A stretch of 64,000 nucleotides of DNA, taken from positions 14,436,722-14,500,721 of the forward strand of contig OZ037766.1 of the NCBI GenBank assembly GCA_964035545.1. Direction: 5' to 3'. The position numbers were made by a program, and so were the translations under genes. Position 1 is the first letter of the stretch. Every line of letters starts with the position of its first letter. Under the pieces are notes generated by a model. The model was not told the DNA's origin. It saw only the letters and a list, made by a program, of their open reading frames with translations, and made no database searches. Shown piece after piece: positions 1-12,010 of the stretch. Source of the DNA: Bugula neritina. Taxonomy: Eukaryota > Animalia > Bryozoa.

Positions 1-371
1 ATTTAAATCTTTGAAAGTTTGCCAGTTTATGTTCGTGGGTGAGTGCAATATCCTACACATGAAAATATAAGTAGTAGGATGGATAAATAATATTCAGCCA
101 CTCCTTAAAATTAGTCTTAGTTGTACTACTTTACTTTATATATTTCTATTTGCAGTAATTTCAACTCTTGAATTCTCAATTTTGGTCTAGAATCTAGATG
201 GTAAATAAAATGCTTCTAGATATTAAAGTTTATGATCTACACGGAAAAGTTTTGGTTTATGTCGCATTGTCAACTATAAATGTAGTTTTTAGAGAAAAGC
301 ATAATTTATTGACATAAAAGTTTGCATCAAAGTCTACTTAGTATTTTACTATTGCTTTCACTCTGTTGTAG

Positions 372-3300
372 ACACCTTGGTTACAGCTCCTGTTGTTAAG
401 TCAGGTCTCAATAGTGAAGGAGCAGCTGCTCAACTGAATATTAGTAAGCTATACTTCACACTTTCTTCAGTAATTTTGTGATGTGAGCTGCATTCTGTTG
501 ATAGTGATGACTTGCCAAATTGTGTTTAATGAAACCGTTTTTTATTCATTATTGTGTTTCTAGCCTATTTATGCTATTTTTAAGCTAATTGAATATTATT
601 ATACTCATATTCACCATGATTCATCACTTATGATAATTTTATTCCTCATTGGAAATGGGGCTTTTCGAGTATTGATAATTTTATACAGCGGATAAATCTA
701 AATGAATGAATTCAAGTGAGACCTACATCTAATGAGTACTTTAAGTTGTTATGGCTCCTGCCCCATTCATGTAGACTCTAGCATACATATTCATAGAGTT
801 GTCTGCCAGATAATTTGTTCTTACTTTATGCTTGTTCTGCTCTTTTATTTATTGAGCATTCTATCAGTATGATTACTTCTTTTCATTGGCTTTATACATC
901 TAAATTTTAGGAATTATATGGTCATTTATGTGTTTGGTTTCTCTAGAGAGCAAACCAGTGGCAGGATTTCGAAGGAATGTTTTAATTGACTTGCAGATAG
1001 AATCACCCAGGCCACTGAAGGCCTCAACTCTGCAGAAATATGCTAAAGTGAAAGCCCTGGGTATGTAGTGTTTGTAATTTAAACTATTGTCACTTAATTA
1101 GGATGTTCCAACAGATGAATTTTATTTTCTTACTAAATGAATTGAACATTTTAGTCATGCTAATTTTAAACTTGGCCTTGAAAAAATTAGGTTTTTTCAG
1201 TTGAAATTTAACTATAAAAAATTAGCTATATAACATCCTAACACCTTATGCTTGACTGAAGAGCAATTTGACCAATCAGAACAAGCGAGTTAAATCCAAA
1301 AAAGCAATTTGATGGCCATTTTCTCACTTTTACTAAGCAGTTATACTTACAGTAGCTTTAAGAATACTAGTTCAAAAACCTTCTTGACAACTGATAGAAA
1401 TAGCCACCAAATTTGTAATAGTTTGCTGTTCACTGACTTTCAAACAGTTCTAGTTACTACACTTGTGTGCTTTATTAGTCTACTATTTTCACACTTGCTT
1501 AGACCAAGGGCTGATATTTTCTAAACTAATTATTTTCATGCTGACACAATGTAAATATTCTTTTATTGATTTAATTGATGTCAGAAAGATTTTTATGGCG
1601 AGCAGCGGCTAGAATTAGATGCAATATTTCAATATTTTTTGAGAGAATGGTTGGCCATTTGTGAAAATTTGCTTATTTTCCTATTTATAATTTAGTTTTA
1701 AGTTATCTTCTAAATCTGATTTTGTATAGATGTATGACTAAACTATGTAGTTAGTATCTGTTGTGATGAAAATTGACTTTGCTCGAAACAGGGCTGTCCA
1801 AGCTATATGCATGCACTTTTAAAAGAGGCAAAAATATTTTAGTTGCAACCTAATACTGTTTTGGAGTTGTGCACCCAAGAAAATTAATTTTCATGATTCT
1901 TTTTGCTCATTATGTCTTAATATATTTTAACGGCACTCAGTATCCATAGCCTTAAATCTATGCTGATTTTTATTTCACATCATTTTTAACTGTTGCTGCT
2001 GTTGGGTTGAATTACAAATGTAAGCTCCCCACTATAAATACTTCTAGGTGAGAAAAAAATATTACAGTGCCAATTATATCTAAACTATAGACTAAAATTT
2101 ACTGTCAATTGAACATCGGAAAATTAGAATAGCTCAACTTCAACACTGGTCATGGTAACAAATTGAAATTTATATAAATTATCAATACTATAGAAATACT
2201 GGTCCTATTAGCATAGCATAAGTTAACAAATGAATCCAATTTAGATTTATTTTGAATTGAAACTAATGACCATAATTCTTACAATGGTAATGATTTAATC
2301 CTCATACAGAAAACTATTTAATTGATATCAAATAAACAAAATAATGCTATAAATTTCTAAAACAAGTTAATAAGCAAATTGTTTTGACCTAGTAAAAGCA
2401 AATTAATGCATGTAGTTATAACTTTTATAATTTTATAATTGTAATAATTCAGTAAGCTGTTGGACTCGTAAATATATTTCAGTTAAATTAATAAGCTGTC
2501 TTGTTTCAGCATTGGCAAATAAGGAAAACAGAAGATCTGAAGACAATCAAAGGTAACTTTGATTTTTTTGCTTTCTACTAAATGTTTTTACTCTGCAGTG
2601 GGTTAATTTCTACAGATGTTTACATGTTTAGTCACTCAAGTGCTGATTTGGTTGCGAGTGCCATTAAAGCCACAGGAAATTTTTTTAATTTAGACTTGAC
2701 TCTCGTTATTATTGAAATATTGTTGATAGAAATGAAATGGGTCATGTTATTTTTTTTTAGTAAGGATACAGCGCTTGAATGTACACCTGAAAACGAAGGC
2801 ATCTTGGTATGTGTCAATTACAGCTGCTACTACGTATTAATTTTGTTTCAATAATAATATGTACCTATGATGCTTTCTTTAATAGCAGCATTTATTATTA
2901 AGTAAAAAAGGCAGATTAATAAATATGGCCTCCAATAAGCGAAATATTCTCTTTTCTTGTTTAATTTCTAGTTGTGTAAATGTTTACTTTAAATTAGCAG
3001 CATCTCAAATTATCTTATTTATGCTTACAGCCAAAAAGTGATACACGCACATTTGTCTTTAATGGAGAAGAAATTATCCTTTCTGCTAAACATGGCAGTG
3101 CAGTGCTTGATGATGTTCACAAGTTCCTGGTGGCCCATTATCCTCTTGGTGCTAAAGAGGATAACAGTGACCCGGCTGCCAGCAAGGTAATCAGAAGCTC
3201 TATAAGCATTATCAGTAGCGAGGGAGGTGTGGGACCCCCAGGTAGTCATATGACTAAGTTCTTGAAGATTGTCACTTGTGCCTGCTAGAAAGTCACTGGC

Positions 3301-4739
3301 CTAATTCAAGCTACTCTATGATAGGTTTTTTCACTTTCACTTTTAGGATAGATTATAGGGACGTTAATTACATCGTAAGTTGCATTTTTTCATGTTGACC
3401 TTGACACAAGATAAGTCGTTGAATTCGTCAAAATTTATATGAGTCGTCGGGCCAAATTTTTCATAACAGCTTTTTATTGCCGCCTCGGGTGTCTTAGCGT
3501 CTTATAAACAATGAACTTTGACTAAGCAACGATATCGATCTCAACCACCTCAGTTCCAATATTGTTATAGGGCTTTAGTGTAGACTTTTTCTAAAGCTCA
3601 ACAGTAATGTAATCATCATTCTGCTTTAAATATAAGTTAAATTAGTTTAAATAAGTTAAACTCATACTAATACAAGTTAGTTGACATTATTCAATGTTAG
3701 TTACTTACAGTATATACTTACTCTTAGTCTTATAGTTGATGGTATATTACAGTACAACCTATAGTAATAAGTCATTATGATCTTTGCCAAAAAGTAAATA
3801 AATGCAGTCATGTGTTTATTACCGACTAAAGCAAATTGAAATTACACTCAATCAATGAATATCGTTTACACCTTCAAAATTATAGTCGATGTTATAACTT
3901 TATAAATTGAAGTATGCTTTTAGTTATACTAATAGTAATATAATTTAAATTTTTACTGTTCTAAACAAAAAATGTCATTGTAAACGTATAAATTACAAAT
4001 TAGTTATGGTGAGATATTAAAATGTGGTGTAAATATAAATAAACGAAGCTGCATGTACCAATACTGTACTTGGTAATTTACCCACATGTATATTACATTT
4101 TCATTTTGATGTTATAATTTTGCCAGTGTAAAATAATTAATAAAAATACAAGAAGATTTTAATTTGGTATAAATTTTTATATTAATGTGACCCATCACCA
4201 CAAAACCTGGGACATTGGTAAACTTTTAATGTATAGCATAATTTCTCCTGAAAAAGTTGGTGTTGGTTTTATGTTTCTAGCATTAGTTGAACCCAAGTTA
4301 TTTTGAAAAAGATTATAAACCTTTGTTACCAACTTCTCAAAGTAATTTTAGGGTTAAAAAAGTTTTAAAAAATGCTTGCGAAAATATTATTTTTGAAATC
4401 CTTGAATTTTTCTCTATAGGAAAAGTTCAAAATCTGAAAACTAACGAAGAACTTTCATTTTTAGTTTTCTCCAAATTATACCTTCATTTACTACTCTTCA
4501 TGAGTGCCACCAGGCTTCCGATTTTGTCACGATGGGTCATATATAATAATATTTACTAGGTTGAAGATTTATATGATCTACCTCCTGAGCATGTTCTTCT
4601 CAGTACCAATGTGCCTGCTGATGACCTGGTTTCTGAGAGTTATCTGGGCTTAGCGGATTATCTGCGCCGGCAAGCTGCTAGTTACTCTAATTCATACATA
4701 TTTGCTAAAGTTGCTTATGCTACTAATGAAGCAGCGTAG
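372..4739 (+). CDS. Uncharacterised multi-exon protein, 5' end outside the window or unresolved
   Basis: Phase-consistent GT-AG exon chain 372-443, 947-1060, 2510-2552, 2761-2806, 3031-3186, 4560-4739 translates without stops (...TLVTAPVVKSGLNSEG...GFRRNVLIDLQIESPRPLK...ANKENRRSED...PKSDTRTFVFNGEEIILSAKHG...VEDLYDLPPEHVLL...YATNEAA-TAG). No family recognised. The frame stays open after the TAG to 5030. Confidence 0.65.
4185..4542. mobile_element. MITE-like non-autonomous DNA transposon in an intron
   Basis: Imperfect 21-bp terminal inverted repeats: ATGTGACCCATCACCACAAAA vs reverse complement of the right end ATATGACCCATCGTGACAAAA; AT-rich flanks; no coding capacity. Confidence 0.65.
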
Positions 4740-5322
4740 TGGTTAAATGGTTTGGAGGCTCATGCTTTATATCACATTGTTCGTAAATCGCGGCTAATCT
4801 TGGGCAAATCTAAGCAATATGAATCACGTGTTCGGAAAGAACTTTCCAGCAGGTTAAATGCTAGGATTCAAGGGCATGCTCAGCGCCGGCACATTACTGC
4901 TTTGGTTGAATCTCTGATGCAAACACCCAATGGCTTCACTGTGGTATTATTAACTCAGATCCCTAATTTGCACAGCATTGGTTGGATCTTTGCGTGTAAA
5001 TTTACCATCAGTATCTGCTGGTGCTTATGATACATTTGGTTCAGTTTTCACCTTTAGTTGGCTGAATAACTGCTTAATTGAGATTAATTTTAACTTAACA
5101 TTAATTTCACTGGGAATGCACCCAATGAATTACTGATTTACTAAGCCCGTGCTTTAGCTTCTACATGGCTAACTAATACACCTATATCAATAACACTAAC
5201 TTCAACGGGTGTAGCAAATTTTACTATTGCAATTTAATAAATTGAATTATTTTATAAGCAGCTCTAATAAGTTGAAACTAGTTTCAGGCTATGTTAAATC
5301 TACATTTTATTATTACTTACAG

Positions 5323-6122
5323 ATGTCTCAAACTGCTGACTCAAAGGAAGTGAGAAAAGCTAAATGTGAAAGTGTAGTAATCGGTGACACGTTGGTTAGC
5401 AGGCTTGCGGATCATCTTAAGGTAAGCGGTGCCCATTATTCAATATTGAGACTGATTGATGTAAATTTTACGAAGATTCAATCTTACGCCAGCCCTATTT
5501 TTTGGTTAGTAAATTTTCAAACTTTATTTTAGCACAACTGTGATGGCAAAACAAAGTGGCCCGTACCCTTACACCTTCATGGGATAGCAGGAGCTGGAGT
5601 TGGCACCTGCCCTGTAAGGTTTAAGAATTGTTTATCAAATTAGAAGGTATGTTGCAGCGCTTCTATGTTACTTATACATTACTTTTTTTATTATAGCTTC
5701 CATGCAAAGTTTACCGGCCAAATATCTGTGTGGTGGTGTGCGGTGGCGAAGATCTTGGGGGAGATGAGAGTCCGAGTGAGCTTGCTGAAGTTCTTGTTCG
5801 AAGAGTACAATCAAGAGCTAAAGTTGTTGTTTTTTGTGGTGTGCCCCTCAGAAAACCAATGGAGAAGGGTTCCAAAGTACCTGGAAACTTTCGAGAACTT
5901 GCTCACCAGTTTGACAAGCGATTGGCTGAACTGGCAAACGGCTCTGATCGCCTTGTTTATTGGCGGTTAGATCCTCGTCTGAGGAGATGCCTATCCACAG
6001 ACGGGGTGCATTTCAATGAACAGGGTCAGAGGCGTTTCTTTTACAGCCTTTGTCAAGCTATTCAGGCTGGTAAAAAAGCTCTAGAAAGTTTGCCGGTACC
6101 TAACACAACAAAAAACAGCTGA
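5323..6122 (+). CDS. SGNH/GDSL hydrolase-fold protein (~201 aa, 3 exons) with atypical catalytic blocks
   Basis: Exons 5323-5421, 5533-5613, 5697-6122, all phase 0. Block I VVIGDTLV (normally GDS), block II GIAGAG, block III VVVCGGED (normally GxND), block V STDGVHFN followed by the typical helix. Confidence 0.8.
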
Positions 6123-7172
6123 TGACTTTGATTGTACTCTTTTTTTTATCTTTTTACTTTACTTTTTTAATCCACATGATAAATTTATTTTTTGACTAAG
6201 TTGTGAAATCGTATTAATTTGAACTCGTTTTATTTTCAGTAAACTCTTTGTTGAAGAAAACCAGTTTTTAAATATTTGTTATGTTTTATAGTTTTATAAA
6301 TAAAAATTACAGCTGAGCAATAATTAATCTTCTTATTTCGAATGCTGGTGTAGTTTGAAGGTTTTGGAATTTTTAAGTATGACCTAAAATGCAGGTCTGA
6401 AGTTGCTTTTTTGTCCCAATACAAATCAGGTGTCCCAATGGACTTCCATTTTCCCAAGATCTACAATCAGGCCATAAAATTACATAACCTGATTATGTAG
6501 TTCAGAACAAAGGAACTCATGCCAGGACAGATTGCATAATATAATACAATGTCTACAGCTAAACTTTACTTCACTATTTGGTCACATCAATGGGAGACAA
6601 TACAACCTCCACTCATGGGAATCCAAGGGCACTGTGTTGATTAATTAGAATAAAATCTCTTTTGATGGAGACAGGAAACATTTGTAGCAGCTAACAACTA
6701 CTAATTGTTAAAATGAATAAAATCATCAGCTATAAGTTAGGATTAAATTGCACTTCCATGTATTTCATTTCATTAGATCCTAGCCCACTGTTCTTCGAGT
6801 TCGTGGCTTATGTATCTTATTTTGAGTGGGTCAAGAGATAATTGAACTTGACTAAACATATGATCGTGTTTGTTAATTTTTATATGGTGACTAATTTCAC
6901 ATACATGTGTATAATTACTACGTTAATGTAAAAAAATTAGGTTGTAGTATATTTGTTAAACTAGTTATAAATGTGCTTGAAGCCTAACCAATAGTTTTTA
7001 AGTTTCTTCAATGTGACTAAATCTACTGCCAAACATTTAATGAACTTTCATGAAGTTTAATTCTACAACTGGTTTCAAGATTTCAATCTGAATTTAATCG
7101 CTACTAAACTCAGGTATTTTTAGTAATGGTTTATCAATTGATAATGAACTATATTATGTTTTTCTGTTGCAG

Positions 7173-10100
7173 GCTGAACTGGAGTTGATAGAATCACTGC
7201 AAAATATTAAGTAAGCTGCAACACTTGTTTCATGAGCCGATTCTTCTGTCAAATCTGCTATCTTTTCTCTGACTTCAATCTGTACAGTCGATCTTTTTAC
7301 CAACCAGTTTGATGGTTGTTACTGTGTGATCAGACCATAAACTAAATGTATGATATTCACGCTTTCATTTAAACCCTCGGCTCGCTTACATTTTTAAATA
7401 TTCGTTTAAGTTGATTGCATGACAACAAAATAATATATTTCTCATAATTTTTGTAACTCTTGTGAAAGTTATTTGTTTACAATTTACAGGAGACAAACAC
7501 ACCTGTCTGCTCCTCCAGTTGAATACCTGAGCAGTCCCCCAGTCATTGAGGTGTTGATGAGAGGACTGCGTAGTGAGCAGTTTAATGCTCAGTACAGCGC
7601 CTTGTGGTCTGCTATAAACATCACCTTCCAGGACGGACAAACAGCAGTCAATGGCTTGGTGGTAGCAGGAGTTATCCCCATCCTCAATCATCTACTTCTT
7701 TCAGGAAATGACACAATAATAGCTAATTCCGCTTGGCTACTCTCCAACATTGCAGGTTCTTGCTCTACCTGCTTTACATTATTGTCAATGTTGTGTTACA
7801 AACTGTAATCTTGTATTACCTTTTATGCTGACACTAGGTTACTGTTTATAGATATTAGCTTAGTAATAGTTTAAATATTACTAAAATATTATACAATACA
7901 TTTAGTGGAGACTAATGGCTTAATTTGTTTTTCTATGTTGCATTTTCTCCTAGTTTTGGAATCTATGGCAACTGGAATAGCTGGACACGCAGGTAGCATG
8001 TCAGAAAACCCTTGGAAATAAAATTGTTCACTTTGATTTGTAAACAGTGAAGAATTTTTCAGACATTTTCTTCTCTCAATAGTCACAATTTTTACATTTT
8101 TAATACTACTTAGATAGCTGGGTAAAAGTTGCTATTGACAACTGCTGTAATGTTGGTATTCACGTTGGTAGAATGTTTATGAAGAGCTGATAAACATACT
8201 ATAGAATAATCTAGGCTTTCTGTCTAAGGATAACACTTTGTTGTAACATTTGAGTGTGGAATCTATACTATGAATATTGTAGGAGATGGCAGTCATAGCA
8301 AGTACCAAGTCGTGGCAAGTGGTACCATCTTAAGGCTACTTGAGCTTTTTGAGAAGTGTACGACGCAACAAGAATTAGTAATATCTAAAGCTTCCTGGTT
8401 ATTGGCTAATCTTTGTCGACCATCTGATGAAAAGCATTCGAAGATAATACTTCAACAGTGCATGGAAATAACGAGCTGTGTCAAGTTCCTGTTGAAAAGT
8501 CCCTATAATGAGGTGTGACTGCTATTATCTTATAAGATTCTATTCTCATCCATATGTTACTTAATCAAAGTGACTCAAAGTCACAGGCTTCAGTACATTT
8601 TCCTGCCTATGGCACTTTTTATTTAATTTAACTTGGTAAATTACTTGACTTCACCTCTCAATCAACTTGACTTGAAAATTTCCATTGGTTTGTTGCAGTT
8701 ATTTGAAATTTGAGCAAATCCTAGCTGCTCAATTTAATTAACAAAAATTGTGTTATATTTGTTAAATCATCATAATTCAACAGTTTTTTAGCTCTCAACA
8801 TTAATTAAGCATCCACACATATTGCATAACTGAATAGTGCTATAGCATCTGTAATAGCCTGGTTACTTATCAAATATACATTGATGTTTGAATAGACTCT
8901 GTGGACCCAAGTCATTGTTGGATGTGGCTTGGATTTAACCTATATTTATTTTGTCTAGGCTCTGAATCGTATCTTCAATTAATTTTGCCACTTTTGGTAG
9001 TAAATCATGCACATATGTATGTAAGCATATAAGCATCATGCTTCATTTAATATCCCAACTGTTTTTCTAATTCCTGTTGACCTAATTTTGTTAGTTTTCA
9101 GTACTTGTAAGATATTCGATATATTTTGTGATTTGTAATGGGAATGGCTTATAGTAGATGTTGTTTAGTTTGTTGTAATGAGTTTTCACATAGCATTGTA
9201 GGTTATAAAGGAAACAGTTGTTTCAAGTTACATTTGGTATAGAAAATACTATCTGGTGATCTAATTTCTGGTCAACAGGTAAAAGTAGATGCCTTTTGGA
9301 CGCTGCACTATGTCACGGATCCAAACAATGACAAGTTAATTCAGAAAATTAACTCTCTGGGTTTTATAGAATTGGCAATAACTCTGTTGTACAGTGAGGA
9401 TATAGAAGATAAGGTAATATCTGTAGGCTGACATATAATCTAAGGTAAACTGTACACCAGTTGATTAAGCTAAGCTGTTAATTTGCTGATGTTTAATGGC
9501 TATCTTTTACAACATTTAATTTAATATTGTGCACTAATTTTTATATATTTTCAATTGAGTAGAACTGACGAGCAAGGATTTATTATAACTTGCTGCTTTC
9601 TATTTCCACACTGTTAAAAGCACTTCTGTACTTTGTAGGCAGACATATAAATTCAAAGCATTTGAATTCTAATGTTAATTCAACTTTATATGCCGGTCGA
9701 TTCACTAAATAATTGTGCTACGTTTTTCTATTGTGTGTTGTGTCTTTTACCACCAATATTTATAAGTCTTTATATGACTTAACTAGTGTATAATGATGAA
9801 AAACTAATATAACTTTATATTTCAGTGCTATCCAAGCTTTACAATATTAATTTTTATTTAAATTGCCATATTTGTTAGAAGTGTGAATGGGATAATATTT
9901 GTATTTCTTCTCCAAGTAGTTTAATATTTGTTTGTTAAAAGTAAGTTTATTTATGTTAGAATATACTCACTGTATAGTATATCTCTATTATTGTTATCTC
10001 TACACAACTTTGTTGCAGTATTCCATCCTCAAGTTTCTGGGACGAGTGTCTAGTGTACATGATGAATACTACACAAATAAAATGGCAAGGCAACATGTAA

Positions 10101-11603
10101 TAAGGTAAGTGTTACATAGTTACTTGTAAAAAATTCTGTCTCTGTTGATGGGGTTTATAAATGACAACCAAACTATAGGCTATCAAATTCCAAACATTTA
10201 TTGGAAGCTAATGCAATATAATAACTCTTGATTTATTTAATTGCCATTAGAAGAATGTGGTAGAAACATAAAATCATTTGTATATTTGGAAAAAAAATTA
10301 AATGTTGGGTGTTGAGATTATGCACAAGGCCAGAGTTCATAAAAATACAGTTTTCTGTTAGGGGATGACTTATTAAAATATTTTTGCATGTTTATAGAAG
10401 TGTTGTTAGTTTGAATTATTAATAATTGTAGAATGAAGTATGCAAAATTTCTACTAGCCTCACAGAAAGGATTAGCAAAAACTGCTATGATCATTTTAGC
10501 TAACCTGTGCCTGAGTGGTTATGACTGCATAGAGGCAATCATATGCTCCAATGTGATGCCAGTCATTTCTCAATATGCTGATAAGGTGGTAGACAACTCC
10601 TATATTAGTATCAATTGCCTCAAACTCAATGAAACATACTTTATATACAAAAAGCGTTTAATTCATGGAGCAGCTAATGCCATGCATGAACAAAATGTAA
10701 TAATTATCTAAAGGGCATTTCAAAAGAATCTAGCAAAGTTAAGTGAAGAGTGCCAAGTTGATGTTTTAGGTAAACACATTTAATATATAAAATGCTTATG
10801 TCATGTAGTAACTGCGTTACAGCTTCTGTCAAGCAGTTGCTCATAAATTTTATAGATTAATATTGAATTAGTGTATTTCAATGCTTGTAGTTTAAAAGAC
10901 ATACAGCAGAAACTATTGAGTTGGTATGGTTCCTCCACAATTACTGTTCAATGGCAACAAAATCTCAACTGGCTGTTTTTGTTCAGCATAATCTTGATGT
11001 GGTCTTGGAGATGACTTTAAGAGTATTCGCTGCCAGAAATGACACCTCCGTAAGTATACTATTGACTTCAGTCATTTCATACTAATGTAACTCATAATCT
11101 GGGTACAAGGCATTGCTTACTGTGTAAAATTTTCATATATATATTTTTTAAGCTACAACTGTTCACACCATATGTAATTGGCAGTGCAAAATCTTTATGA
11201 ATTCAAAGTCTGCATTGTAGAAGTTTTGATAAACAAAAGTTTACATTCTATATTCTGTAAAAGAAGCCCATCTCTTTACATTGGTATGCAGGTTATTGTT
11301 GGCTTGTTGGGAAGTATTCGAAGTTTGATAACTTCAGGATTTGCCAGAAGCTGGAGGAGTTTTGGTATGTATTCTATATAGTGTACTTTGTTAATAATAT
11401 GCCTACTTTTTTTCTGCAATTTAATAACATGCTACAATTCTCATGTAGATTTAAGTAATAGTTTTTCTATATTTTATATATGTATCATTTGCACATTGCA
11501 TCATTTTTCAGCATCAACAAAGCTGTTTCAAGAATTGTACTACTATCATGATGCAGAAGTTAGCATGTTAGCGAAAAAGATACACCAAGAAATACATTAC
11601 TAA
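7173..11603 (+). CDS. Divergent importin-alpha (karyopherin alpha)-like ARM-repeat protein; N-terminus unresolved
   Basis: Exons 7173-7210, 7490-7755, 8283-8512, 9279-9413, 10019-10104, 10432-10585, 10891-11049, 11292-11364, 11512-11603 are phase-consistent. They carry importin-alpha hallmarks in order: APPVEY, ALWSAINIT, SAWLLSNIAGDG, ASWLLANLCR, VDAFWTLHYVTD, LVWFLHNY, and a C-terminal HDAEVSMLAKKIHQEIHY. Possible first exon ending ATG|gtgact at 6886. Confidence 0.8.
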
Positions 11604-11983
11604 ACTCAATCAATAGTGTATATAAAGGACATTGTATCGAGTCCACACCTTTATACACCCTTATATCTTCTAGTCAATAGAGCATTTTATTTTATGTTAA
11701 GAATCTTTCAGGTATGTTTTCTTTGTAAAATATCATGTAGAATTGTATGTTTGTATCAATAGTTAAGCTTATGTGCTGTTTCATCTCAAACTCAAAATCA
11801 GCATTTTTTTCATTCAGAAGCAATGTTATAAAATTTATTGGGACATAATTTTGTGTATAAGTGTACATTTTTGGGTTCTATTATAATAAATTGTTGTAAA
11901 TTTTTATTTAACTTAGTATAGTTACATGGAACAGGTTACATGCATCAGAAAGTGCCCATGGTGTAGTGTTGAGGTTACCCAGT

Positions 11984-12010
11984 GGCCTCGGTGGTGTAAT
12001 GGTAGCACAC
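11984..12010 (+). repeat. tRNA-like 5' fragment (A-box only), probable SINE head remnant
   Basis: GGCCTCGGTGGTGTAATGGTAGCACAC resembles a tRNA acceptor/D-arm; no B-box or 3' half follows. Confidence 0.4.

Noticed and set aside
4737-4739. Alternative genetic code or pyrrolysine explanation for the in-frame TAG
   Set aside because: TAG terminates conserved genes in this window (SARS2, ECD, p85) and none of the exons I translated has an internal stop.
11984-12010. Functional tRNA gene
   Set aside because: Only a 5' fragment; no anticodon arm, T-arm or B-box.
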